NCBI RefSeq assembly: GCF_022045235.1
Contig: NW_027266267.1
Location: 31,062,001 to 31,126,000 of the forward strand
Origin: Haliotis cracherodii
Taxonomy: Eukaryota
Direction: 5' to 3'
Length of the DNA: 64,000 nucleotides
Made by a program: the position numbers and the translations under genes. This document shows, piece by piece, positions 38,477-50,867 of the stretch (position 1 is its first letter; each line of letters starts with the position of its first letter). Below the pieces are notes generated by a model. That model ran no database searches, was not told the DNA's origin, and saw only the letters and a list, made by a program, of their open reading frames with translations.

Positions 38477-39278
38477 TATCTAGCAGTACTAACAGTTCAT
38501 ACACCGTCTGGAATGAAATATCTGGCAGTACTAACAGTTCATACACTGTCCTGAGTGGAATATCTGGCAGTACTAACAGTTCATACACTGTCCTGAGTGG
38601 AATATCTGGCAGTACTAACAGTTCATACACTGTCCTGAGTGGAATATCTGGCAGTACTAACAGTTCATACACTGTCCTGAGTGGAATATCTGGCAGTACT
38701 AACAGTTCATACACTGTCCTGAGTGGAATATCTGGCAGTACTAACAGTTCATACACTGTCCTGAGTGGAATATCTGGCAGTACTAACAGTTCATACACTG
38801 TCCTGAGTGGAATATCTGGCAGTACTAACAGTTCATACACTGTCTTGAGTGGAATATCTGGCAGTACTAACAGTTCATACACTGTCCTGAGTGGAATATC
38901 TGGCAGTACTAACAGTTCATACACTGTCTTGAGTGGAATATCTGGCAGTACTAACAGTTCATACACTGTCCTGAGTGGAATATCTGGCAGTACTAACAGT
39001 TCATACACTGTCCTGAGTGGAATATCTGGCAGTACTAACAGTTCATACACCGTCTGGAATGAAATATCTGGCAGTACTAACAGTTCATACACTGTCCTGA
39101 GTGGAATATCTGGCAGTACTAACAGTTCATACACTGTCCTGAGTGGAATATCTGGCAGTACTAACAGTTCATACACTGTCCTGAGTGGAATATCTGGCAG
39201 TACTAACAGTTCATACACTGTCTTGAGTGGAATATCTGCCAGTACTAACAGTTAATACACTGTCTTGAGTGGAATATC
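38477..39278. repeat. Minisatellite, 42-bp unit tatctggcagtactaacagttcatacactgtcctgagtggaa
   Basis: About 19 near-identical units. Degenerate related copies (catacattctggagtggaat) lie at 38396-38458. Confidence 0.97.
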
Positions 39279-40671
39279 AGTGGAGTTACATCAGCAGGTT
39301 ATATTACTGCCTGGGTATACATACTGAGTCTCTGATGACAGGCTCAATTCCACTTTCCCAATGGAGCCTCCATTACTCCTTCCCTCTCTGCTGCTGCTAT
39401 CTCCTGACTACATATGTGTAACAAGGATCTCCTTGATGTAGCAGCAGCATCAGTAATGACAGGCTACAACAACTGCATCCCCCACACTGGCACACCTCTC
39501 CAACATTCAGATCACTCTGGTAATTAACGCGATAACAACCTGCAGGTATTAACCTTGCCAAAAAATGTCAACTATTACGGAAATATTTTTTGACTTGCAA
39601 GTTCAAAGAATGTGATAAAATCTTGTCTCCAAGCTAAGTACTCCATATCAATTTATACCTCGCATTAATTGTTGCAATTTCACATCAGGAGCATCCTACG
39701 CACAGGCAGAGAGCCAACGGCTAGTGATTTATCGAAGAACCGCAAAGGAAGTGTTCGTACAAGTTTTAGATCCACTCATAGCCTTTGGCCCTACACAGAG
39801 CATGGTAAATGTCGCTTTCCGATTTTTATTGGAAATCAACGAAACATAATCAGTGCCGATATTTTCATTGCATGTAATTCCTCCATTGATACACTGGTGC
39901 AAAAACTTTATAACCGAACACAGATTATTGAATTGAAATAAATGTGAGATTAGATTCAAAACCATTGATTGCTCCCTTAACGACAAAACGGCCTCGTCAA
40001 TGCGAACTATGAAAACTATTCTATTGGCGCCGCTTGGTTCCTTCAACTTGCAGCATAATAGGAACCAGAACACAGCTGATGATGCACATAACATAAAGCT
40101 GCTGTACCAAACTGTAACAACAAAGGGAGGAAATAAATTGATATCTCACTTTTCTTTGAAAACAGTTCCATGATTGTAGATCACATTTATTAACTGTGGC
40201 ATTGGGAGCAGGGAGCTGATAAACAGTTGACATACAAAACTGCCACCCATTGTGCAATACTGGTGTACCAGAGAGAACAGAATCATAGCTAGCTTTGCTG
40301 CACAATAAGTTGTGGCACAATACAAGTAGAATCTAATAATCACCTTGATTAGTCAGAACGATGTGCCAACATAAGTGACTTGTAGGTCAGAGCAGTGACG
40401 TTTTCTCATTAAACACTATATCACATGACTGACCAAGGGTCCATGTGGTCCTGAGGGAGTCCATCTGACATGTATATGTTTGAGTAAAGATAAAGCTTCA
40501 TTCAGCTTGAGTGTATGCACGGCCAAATTGTTTTATACATGTATCTAAATGCTTTTTGCAAGTGGTCCGGTAAAACAATTCCCAACTCTTGAGACCTACA
40601 GTAGATATTCGGGTAGGGTCGGTTAACATGGGGTTGGATACCCAGGTAGTTAATCTGGACTCATCCTGGCC

Positions 40672-41000
40672 CTACCTGATAGATAACATTACACATTTAT
40701 CATATGCCATATACACAGCATACCAAACTCAATACCTGGTAGATAACATTACACATTTATCATGTGCCATGTACACAGCATACCAAACTCAATACCTGGT
40801 AGATAACATTACACATTTATCATGTGCCATGTACACAGCATACCAAACTCAATACCTGGTAGATAACATTACACATTTATCATGTGCCATGTACACAGCA
40901 TACCAAACTCAATACCTGGTAGATAACATTACACATTTATCATGTGCCATGTACACAGCATACCAAACTCAATACCTGGTAGATAACATTACACATTTAT
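40672..41000. repeat. Tandem repeat, 60-bp unit tacctggtagataacattacacatttatcatgtgccatgtacacagcataccaaactcaa
   Basis: About 5.5 copies, the inner ones identical. Confidence 0.96.
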
Positions 41001-41056
41001 GGAGGTTTGAACCCAACTGTCGTCCCATGCACTCACTCTGCAGCTGAGCTTCCCTG
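41001..41056 (-). mobile_element. Degenerate tRNA-like (SINE head) fragment
   Basis: Reverse complement agctcagctgcagagtg...gggttcaaacctcc gives A-box-like and B-box-like motifs at tRNA-like spacing. Confidence 0.35.
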
Positions 41057-42684
41057 TTATGCTATGTCAAGACACTTTTCCAAATACAAATAAATATTTA
41101 ACTGGCTCTCAACACATTTCCAAGTAACAAGTCTATACTACAAAGGCATATGTGTGAACATACTACAAGCAATTGATGCCAATTGAATTTTTATGTAACC
41201 GACACAATGTTGAACTGTGAATTTCCAATCTTACACACAGTTTGTTCCCTGATTACGCGGGCCCCACAGCCGGTCGACTACATTTCTATCTCCTCGACTG
41301 AAAGCTAGCTCTCCTGCCTGTGACTGGCTACATTCACAACAGACATCAAGTGTCAACCATTGTGGCGTGTAGCAAAACATGTTAGGCATAAAGAATGGAT
41401 TTGTGGATAAATGCTCTTTAGGAACTTTATGAATGGGAAAATTAGCAAAAAACTCAATTTGTGTTGGCTCTGAAATTAATGAAAGAGGCAGATTAGCCGT
41501 AAAATGAATGTATTCATTTGAATGTTTCAGTGTGAAGTATTTACGTCAATTCAGGAGCCTGGTGACTTCATTAACTGTTTACAATATTGGATTCAAGTGA
41601 GTTTGATAAGCGGTCAATCATTTATTTGAGCATTCAACAACAGTACTTTTTTATGTTCTTTTCATTAATGGTGATTTTCTCTTGTTTAGCAAAGTAATGT
41701 ATTTACTTTAATTACAATGACAGCTGACAGTTAAGTTTTACGTCATTCATTTCAAGCAGCAACCTTCAAAGTGGGATAGATTATTGTTGTTAGAGATTAT
41801 GGAAATATGGAGTCATAAACATAGTGTAATCTTCCATGTATTAATTTGCCCCCCAAAAGAAGATAAAAACACATACAAAATTATCAAGAAAAGTCTACAA
41901 CAAATGGTGGCTTTGTAACTTGGTTTAAAGTTTAGTTGGATAATTTTTGCTATGCCCACGTTTGGAGCCACCCACATCCTTCATTATGCAACCCTTCTAG
42001 TTTTGAAATGTAAAAATAAAATATGATTTTGAAATCACAAGTGGAAGTGATGATTTAACAGGAAGCCCTTAACTCCACTGATCATTCATGGTATGATAAC
42101 AGTACAAATATTGTGTTTAATAGGGACATTAAGAAAAGGTCATCACTTGAGTGATGATTGTGCCTTCACAAAACACAATGGCTGCCCATGTGATGCCAGA
42201 ACAATGGTATATGGCCAACATGATCTAAATAAACTCTTGTTGAATATGTCATCTGTCTCTCACAGCTGTATGAGGCATCTTGACCATGTCGCTGCCCCCT
42301 CCCCTGCTGCATGTGAGCAGCCTCGTGTCCCGTGCTGCACCCACATCTGCTATCTATTGTTCCCCATCAAGGGGTCATGTTTATCAGTAAAGCATACCTG
42401 AAATCGTTGCAGGTCAGCCTGCCAACTAGCTGTCCACACTCAGCCTTAGTAGTCACAAGCACCCGAACCTCTCGGTAAACTCCGATTGACAGGAAGCTGA
42501 AATAACAGAAACATGTACCATGAGCTAAGTGATGATTACACATTTCATCACGAGGAGTTACCACTGTCACATAACATCACAAGCAGTCAGGACTGACAAC
42601 ACTAGCCTATGTCTGTCTGGAGCTGTAATGGATTCATTCCAGCTGAGTTCCAACTGTCATGTCATCAATCCATCAGAGCTGAAA

Positions 42685-42968
42685 CTGTAATGTCACCATG
42701 TCATCTGCAGCTGTAATGTCACATGTCATCTGCAGCTGTAATGTCACATGTCATCTGCAGCTGTAATGTTGCCATATCATCTGCAGCTGTAACATCACCA
42801 TGTCATCTGCAACTGTAATGTCGCCATGTCATTATCAGATGTGATGTCACATGTCATCTGCAGCTGTAATGTCACATGTCATCTGCAACTGTAATGTCAC
42901 CATGTCATCTGCAGCTGTAATGTCGCCATGTCATTTTCAGCTGTAATGTCTGCATGTTATTCGCAGCT
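42685..42968. repeat. Degenerate minisatellite, 25-26-bp unit catgtcatctgcagctgtaatgtca(c)
   Basis: About 11 diverged units. Confidence 0.9.
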
Positions 42969-44206
42969 GCAGCCAAGTGCTGCTGCTGATGCACCTGTAC
43001 TACTGAGTATAATAATCTTAATGCAGATGATGCAGTAGAGGCCTCAGGATGTAGCAAGCAGTATTTGTACCCAGCAGGAAAGTGGGGAATGACAGAGGAT
43101 ACGTCTGTGTCTAAATCCTCTATTTATCCTCCCCATGACACGAACATGAATCCATCTTGTACCCAAGTTGGCCTGTGCTTGTCTGGATTACGGGACTGTC
43201 CTGAGCTGGCCCCTACAGTGATGGAGTTGGTGCCAGTACTAATGAAGTATGACACAAGTGTCCCTCGCTACACCAGAAGCTGAGGAGAGTTTGATAACCC
43301 TAATTCATTATTTTCCCCTTGCCTGGACGAACAGGGGAACAGACCCAAACAGGGATCACCAGACAAACAAATCACAAATTGATTCTGGAGAATCGATCAT
43401 TTTCAAAAGAGTTACACATGTAGAATTCCCCAAACATCTGGCCATGTAAAGAACAACAACGTGGACACATCACTGACATCTAGGGAAGAAATAAAATGAT
43501 ACATTTGCCACTAGTTGAAAAAAAGGTGAAAAGAAATATGTCTTGAATTAGAGTGTTGATATTTATTGTGACAATGCTAAACAAGATTAATGTTATCAGA
43601 CATTATCATGACACATGTTGGAAGGCTAGACTAACATTTAGTCCCAGAATTAAACTTGAAAATATATGTCTTCTAAATAGAAAATAGAATCCAAATGCAG
43701 CCAAGAACAATGCTTAAATTCAGGCCTGGAGCTGGGGTAATCTAGACTTGAGTTGGATTCCTTTTTTAATATATTCCCTTGGGTCTGGGAGACATTAATT
43801 ATGCCTAACTTAGGTGTGCTAAACTGTCTGAAAGTCAAGCATAAACTTCACTTTATTTGTTGTTAAACAATAATTATTCAAGTGTTTGAAATGATGCATC
43901 CACTTGCATTTAACTGGGTGTGAGATAGTTCCAGGAGTTTCTGTTCATTTCAATCATGAAAGTTACTTCCTCGTCTAATTGGCATATCATAAGACTGTCA
44001 TCATAAAAACAATTTTGTTGGCACCACATTGGCAGATGAAGTCCTGTTTCTTGTGAATAAATGAAGTGGCTAACCTAATTGTTGTGTATATGTATCTGTA
44101 CCTACACAGGTACATCACAGCCACACATGCATGATCTGAAGCAGCTGCCATCGCTTCTTGAAAACTTGTGGCCTGTTTAAAGGTTTCTCCGGTGTTGTGT
44201 GAGTTC

Positions 44207-45370
44207 TTTGAGCCCTGCTAGAGGTGTCACTGTTCTTTGATCACTATCAGCCCTGCTGGAGGTGTCACTGTTCTTTGATCACTATCAGCCCTGCTGGAGG
44301 TGTCACTGTTCTTTGATCACTATCAGCCCTGCTGGAGGTGTCACTGTTCTTTGATCACTATCAGCCCTGCTGGAGGTGTCACAGTTGTGTGAACACTTTG
44401 AGCCCTGCTGGAGGTGTCACTGTTGTTTGATCACTTTGAGCCCTGCCGGAGGTGTCACTGTTGTTTGATCACTTTGAGCCCTGCCGGAGGTGTCACTGTT
44501 GTTTGATCACTTTGAGCCCTGCTGAAGGTGTCACTGTTGTTTGATCACTTTGAGCCCTGCTAGAGGTGTCACTGTTGTTTGATCACTTTGAGCCCTGCTG
44601 AAGGTGTCACTGTTGTTTGATCACTTTGAGCCCTGCTGAAGGTGTCACTGTTGTTTGATCACTTTGAGCCCTGCTGGAGGTGTCACTGTTGTTTGATCAC
44701 TTTGAGCCCTGCCGGAGGTGTCACTGTTGTTTGATCACTTTGAGCCCTGCTGAAGGTGTCACTGTTGTTTGATCCCTTTGAGCCCTGCTGGAGGTGTCAC
44801 TGTTCTTTGATCACTTTGAGCCCTGCCGGAGGTGTCACTGTTGTTTGATCACTTTGAGCCCTGCTGAAGGTGTCACTGTTGTTTGATCACTTTGAGCCCT
44901 GCTGGAGGTGTCACTGTTCTTTGAACATTTAAAGCCTTGTTGGAGGGTTTCCCCGTTATTTGAACACTTATAGCCCTGGTGTTGGGTTTCACTGTTATTT
45001 GAACACTTATAGCCCTGGTGTTGGGTTTCCCTGTTATTTGAACACTTAGAGCCCTGGTGTTGGGTTTCCCTGTTATTTGAACACTTATAGATCTGGTGTT
45101 GGGTTTCCCTGTTATTTGAATACTTATAGCCCTGGTGTTGGGTTTTATTGTTATTTGAACACTTATAGTCCTGGTGTTGGGTTTCCCTGTTATTTGAACA
45201 CTTATAACCCTGGTGTTGGGTTTCCCTGTTATTTGAACACTTATAACCCTGGTGTTGGGTTTCACTGTTATTTTAACACTTTGAGCCCTGGTGTAGGGTT
45301 TCACTGTTATTTTAACACTTTGAGCTTTGTTGGTGGGTTTCCCTGTTATTTCAACACTTTGAGCCCTGGT
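44207..45370. repeat. Bipartite minisatellite: 38-bp gagccctgctggaggtgtcactgttgtttgatcacttt grading into 39-bp agccctggtgttgggtttccctgttatttgaacacttat
   Basis: About 19 plus 11 homologous units, with the switch near 44930. Confidence 0.96.
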
Positions 45371-47239
45371 GAAGGGTTTCTCTGGTCCTGTGGGAACTAT
45401 CAAGCCACAAGAATAGGATAAATCAAACATTAGTTGATTATGTATTGGCTACTAATCAGACCCTTCACTATTGTAACATACTCCATATTAAGCATTGATC
45501 CAGGCCCTATTCATACAAGCCATCACCAGTATAGTCACTGGACTATCATTCACAACTGCAGCATACACTGACTAATCAGCCATGCTGATGTACATGAAAA
45601 TAGGATGGTCTAGAGAGTGAATACTTAAATCATTACTGTTGCATTTCTAGGATTTTATGGCACATCAGTGAATGGGAGGGCGTGAGACGGAGGGGGGGGA
45701 GGGGGGCTGGAGGGGGAGGGGGCTTGGCTGACATAACAGAGCGCACAAAGCAGCAGTAACAGATGCAGCAGAAGTAAGCACCCAGGAAAGAACACATTGA
45801 CTGATGCAACAATGCCTGATTTTATGGATGGATGAATAGCTGTGAAACATTAATTGACAGATGGATGAATGAAAGAATATTTAGATAAAAGGTGAATATA
45901 ATAATGGATATTTGTGCATTGATTGTAGTATCAATATCAAGTAAGGTAGGGAAACAGAATATCACTTAAGTGTCTTTTGACATCAAATATATCAACACAA
46001 GTCAACTAAAGTACAACATTCAGAGACTTGTCGAGGTTTTTCACTCTCCTTGATGAGTGACATATAACTGGCATCTAAGAGGCAAGGGTGAAATTTTAAT
46101 TTTTTTCCAATATTATTCTCAACCATTGCGTACTGAAACAATGTATTATTTTGATGACTATTTTGACATTTGAGATGAACTTACATGTGTCCCACCTTTG
46201 AGAGCCAGTTATTGAAAACAAAACCCATTCATAACTATTTCTAGTGTAAATCTCTTGATTAAAGTATACGTAAATCTTACATTTGTTTCATAATGACATG
46301 TTTGAAACCTCTTCAGATGTACATACATGTAACAAACATTTAACACAGATACATGGACGATTGAACAGAAACAATTGTTTTTGTACCTGTGCAGGCTGAT
46401 GGCAAGTATCAATCAATATGTACACCCTCCAACTCCTGCAAGTAGTTCCTGGTATGATGAACCTACCTGTGATGTGCCTGTGCCACAGTCACCTGACACG
46501 TCACACAGCATGAGCCACAGAGTCACATAGTTCCATCACTGGGAAGCATGTAGACCTACTATCTGAGTAAAGTTGTAGCCAGTGCTTGTGTGTCCGGCCA
46601 GCCACTCTGTTCCACTGGTCAGCCAGTCAGGGAGCAGAGCTGGCGGTATAGGGCCTGCTGTGTGCAATAATGAACTGCTGCAGCCAGGAAGAAATCAATC
46701 CATGAGACCTCATACTGAAGCAGCCTGAGTCCTATTGATAATATCTATATGTTTAGGGAATCCAAAAGGGTGAAACCCATTCAAGGAGTTACACATCGCT
46801 GTGAAAAGATTTCTCGATTTATCGATGGCTTAGTGCTTGCAGTGCCATTTTCGTGCCGCTACATTCGTAGTGTCCGTTAGTTATCCTCTTTTAGCGCACA
46901 TATTTACACATGTTCGTTTTTTAGTTTCATGCAATAGTTTGATCAACATGTTACACAAGTTGAAAGAGAAGCTTGCCCATCTAAATGCCTGTTATCGATT
47001 CACAATGTCTATGGTTTCCCAAAAGATGTTCCAATATTCCCCTATATAAAGGACAGAGCGGGAATGGGGACTTCTAGGTATTGTTAGAATATGTATGGGG
47101 CATCACATTTCATATCAAATACTTTATATTTAGAACTTAGCTCCTCTTTCCTGTCATAAAGGACCCGGTTCACACACTGACACACACATACAGATATATA
47201 GCCAACATATGTCTGAGCACAAGTGATCAGCAATATTCC

Positions 47240-48066
47240 ACAGTGTACTCCACGGAATGTCTGCCAAAATACAGCTGTGTACTCCACGGAATGTCTGCCA
47301 AAATACAGCTGTGTACTCCACACAATGTCTGTCACAATACAGCTGTGTACTCCACGGAAGGTCTGCCAAAATATAGCTGTGTACTCCACACAATGTCTGT
47401 CACAATACAGCTGTGTACTCCACGGAATGTCTGCCAAAATACAGCTGTGTACTCCACACAATGTCTGTCACAATACAGCTGTGTACTCCACAGAATGTCT
47501 GCCAAAATACAGCTGTGTACTCCACACAATGTCTGTCACAATACAGCTGTGTACTCCACGGAATGTCTGCCAAAATATAGCTGTGTACTCCACTGAATGT
47601 CTGCGAAAATACAGCTGTGTACTCCACAGAATGTCTGTCAGAATACAGCTGTGTACTCAACAGAATGTCTGTCACAATACAGCTGCGTACTGCACAGAAT
47701 GTCTGTCAGTATACAGCTGTGTACTCCACTGAATGTCTGTCAGAATATAGCTGTGTACTCCACAGAATGTCTGTCACAATACAGCTGTGTACTCCACAGA
47801 ATGTCTGTCAGAATGCAGCTGTGTACTCCACAGAATGTCTGTCAGTATACAGCTGTGTACTCCACAGACTGTCTGTCAGAATACAGCTGTGTACTCCACT
47901 GAATGTCTGTCAGAATATAGATGTGTACTCCACAGAATGTCTGTCAGTATACAGCTGTGTACTCCACAGAATGTCTGTCAGAATACAGCTGTGTACTCCA
48001 CAGACTGTCTGTCACAATACAGCTGTGTACTCCACAGAATGTCTGTCAGAATGCAGCTGTGTACTC
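47240..48066. repeat. Minisatellite, 34-bp unit cagctgtgtactccacagaatgtctgtcagaata
   Basis: About 24 units, with two alternating subtypes on the left. Confidence 0.97.
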
Positions 48067-48903
48067 CTTAAATAAACTCTATAAACAGTTGTCTGGCAAA
48101 ATAAGAAGGAATTTAATATTGTTGACATCTTCTACACAGAACTATAATGAAACAAAGTTTAATAATCACTATTTGATATATCTCAAATCTCACTATACAA
48201 CACATAAGCTTATATTTGAAGGCACTGTGTTTTTCTGTTTGTGACAAGTATTACTGACTGTATTACAGCCTATGTTGTAAGTGACACAACTGCAACACAT
48301 GTTCACTGACACTCTCTCAGGCTTTACCACACAACATGTGCATACAGTATACCCAATTCTGAGCCCTAGATTACAATAAACACACCTAAAATAACCTGTG
48401 TGCTGAAACATTTGCAATGAGCCCTCGATCAGCAGGAAGTATTTCTTTCAATCAGTTAATGTCCACAGGATATAACACTCTGCCATATTTCCAATGAAGA
48501 CAAGAGTAAGTCTCTACTAACCAATTCAGCTAACATGTTACCTCAGTTACATTTCCAGTGATGCCAAGCCTATGATTGTCCAACTAACAAACACAATAAA
48601 CAGTAGATGCTTACACAAATATAAACACAAAAAGCCATGACTAGTTAGGGTTGACTTGGGTTGGCAGCAGGATGGCACCCTGCTTCCTGGATTGATATGC
48701 CCCTCGCCACACAGCCCTCCATCAGCCCTACACCTGACACAATCATGTCTGTTTTACAGGCTAATGACGAGGTAATTCAGCTGGGGAATCTGTCCCTTGT
48801 ATTTCAATCAGTGTCCATACAGAGAGGCTAATATAGTGTTTCTAGTCACACAAGTACTTTTTCATCTTGTACTGACTCAAGGTCACAGTGTAGACAACAG
48901 ACT

Positions 48904-50352
48904 CATGCCACAGACTCTAGACCCAGACAGACATGCCACAGACACCAGACACCCTACAGACATGCCACAGACACCAGACCCCAGGCAGACATGCCACAGC
49001 TTCTAGACCCAAGACAGACATGCCACAGACACCAGACACCCTACAGACATCTCACAGACACCAGACATCAGACAGACATGCCACAGCTTCTAGACCCCAG
49101 ACAGACATGCCACAGACTAGACCCCAGGCAGGCATCTCACAGACACCAGACACCCTACAGACATGCCACAGTCACCAGACCCCAGGCAGACATGCCACAG
49201 ACACCAGACACCCTACAGACATGTCACAGACACCAGATACCAGACAGACATGTCACAGACACCAGACACCCTATAGACATGTCACAGACACCAGACCCCA
49301 GGCAGACATGCCACAGACACCAGACACCCTATAGACATGTCACAGACACCAGACCCCAGGCAGACATGCCACAGACACCAGACACCCTAGAGACATGTCA
49401 CAGACACCAGACACCCTATAGACATGCCACAGGCTCCAGACACCCTACAGACATGTCACAGACACCAGACCATAGACAGACATGCCACAGCTTCTAGACC
49501 CCAGACAGACATGCCACAGACTAGACCCCAGGCAGACATCTCACAGACACCAGACACCCTACAGACATGCCACAGACACCAGACACCCTACAGACATGTC
49601 ACAGACCCCAGACACCCTAGAGGCATGTCACAGGCTCCAGACACCCTACAGACATGTCACAGACACCAGACACCCTACAGACATGTCACAGACACCAGAC
49701 ACCCTCGAGGCATGTCACAGGCTCCAGACACCCTACAGACATGTCACAGACACCAGACCCCAGACAGACATGCCACAGACTAGACCCCAGGCAGACATGT
49801 CACAGACACCAGACACCTTACAGACATGCCACAGGCTCCAGACACCCTACAGACATGTCACAGACGCCAGACACCATGCAGACATGTCACAGACACCAGA
49901 CTCCCTAGAGACATGCCACAGACACCAGACACCCTAGAGACATGACACAGACACCAGACTCCCTAGAGACATGCCACAGACACCAGACACCCTACAGACA
50001 TGCCACAGACACCAGACACCCTAGAGACATGTCACAGACACCAGACACCCTAGAGACATGCCACAGACACCAGACACCCTACAGACATGCCACAGACACC
50101 AGACACCATGCAGACATGTCACAGACACCAGACCCCAGGCAGACATGCCACAGACATTAGACACCCTACAGACATGCCACAGACACCAGACCCCCGGCAG
50201 ACATGCCACAGACACCAGACACCTTACAGACATGTCACAGACACCAGACCCCAGACAGACATGCCACAGACACCAGACACCCTACAGACATGTCACAGAC
50301 ACAAGACACCCTACAGACATGCCACAGGCTCCAGACACCATACAGACATGCC
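48904..50352. repeat. Minisatellite, ~29-bp unit agacatg(c/t)cacagacaccagacaccctac
   Basis: About 50 variable units built from cagac sub-motifs. Confidence 0.96.
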
Positions 50353-50867
50353 ATAAACTGTTTTACCATTACTACCTGTATCCCTGACTGTACACAACTG
50401 TCTCAAGGCTAACACTCACTGTGCGCAAGGCACAGACGATAGAGTAACCACCATCAACAGTCCCCTATTGATGTCCGATAACCACTGTGTTTTGGGCGTA
50501 TTGTTTTAAGGACTACATGAAGAGTATTGATATTTTCCAATCGATTGATTGATTTTGTGTCTGGGTCCTTATTGCTTCATCTGATCAAAGCTGTCGGCTC
50601 TAACCTTTGGCGGTTTTTCTGCACCTTTGTTCTAACAAAAACACCCATCAGAGATTTTTTGTCTTCATACAAAGATATTAACGTTTTTGTCAATGTCTGG
50701 TCTACACAGAGGTAATAAGCTGCAACTGCTGTGATCAAGTTACTGCTCTCCTTGAATAAAGGATGAAATACAGCCATTCACATCACACAAATTAAAGTGA
50801 TACATTCACAACATAACTGTCATTATCATTATTACAAGTGTCAGTATAACCACATAACAGATGCTAC

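Noticed and set aside
38457-39255. Ser-rich 261-aa / 253-aa ORFs resembling mucin or biomineral proteins
   Set aside because: They coincide exactly with a 42-bp minisatellite, have no signal peptide or unique coding flank, and are open on both strands.
39669-40343. Cluster of 65-121 aa ORFs as host exons
   Set aside because: No recognisable domain, ORFs overlap on both strands, and lengths are within chance expectation.
45673-45727. G-run cluster as a promoter or G4 regulatory element
   Set aside because: It is a low-complexity purine tract with no supporting transcript, CpG island or gene context.
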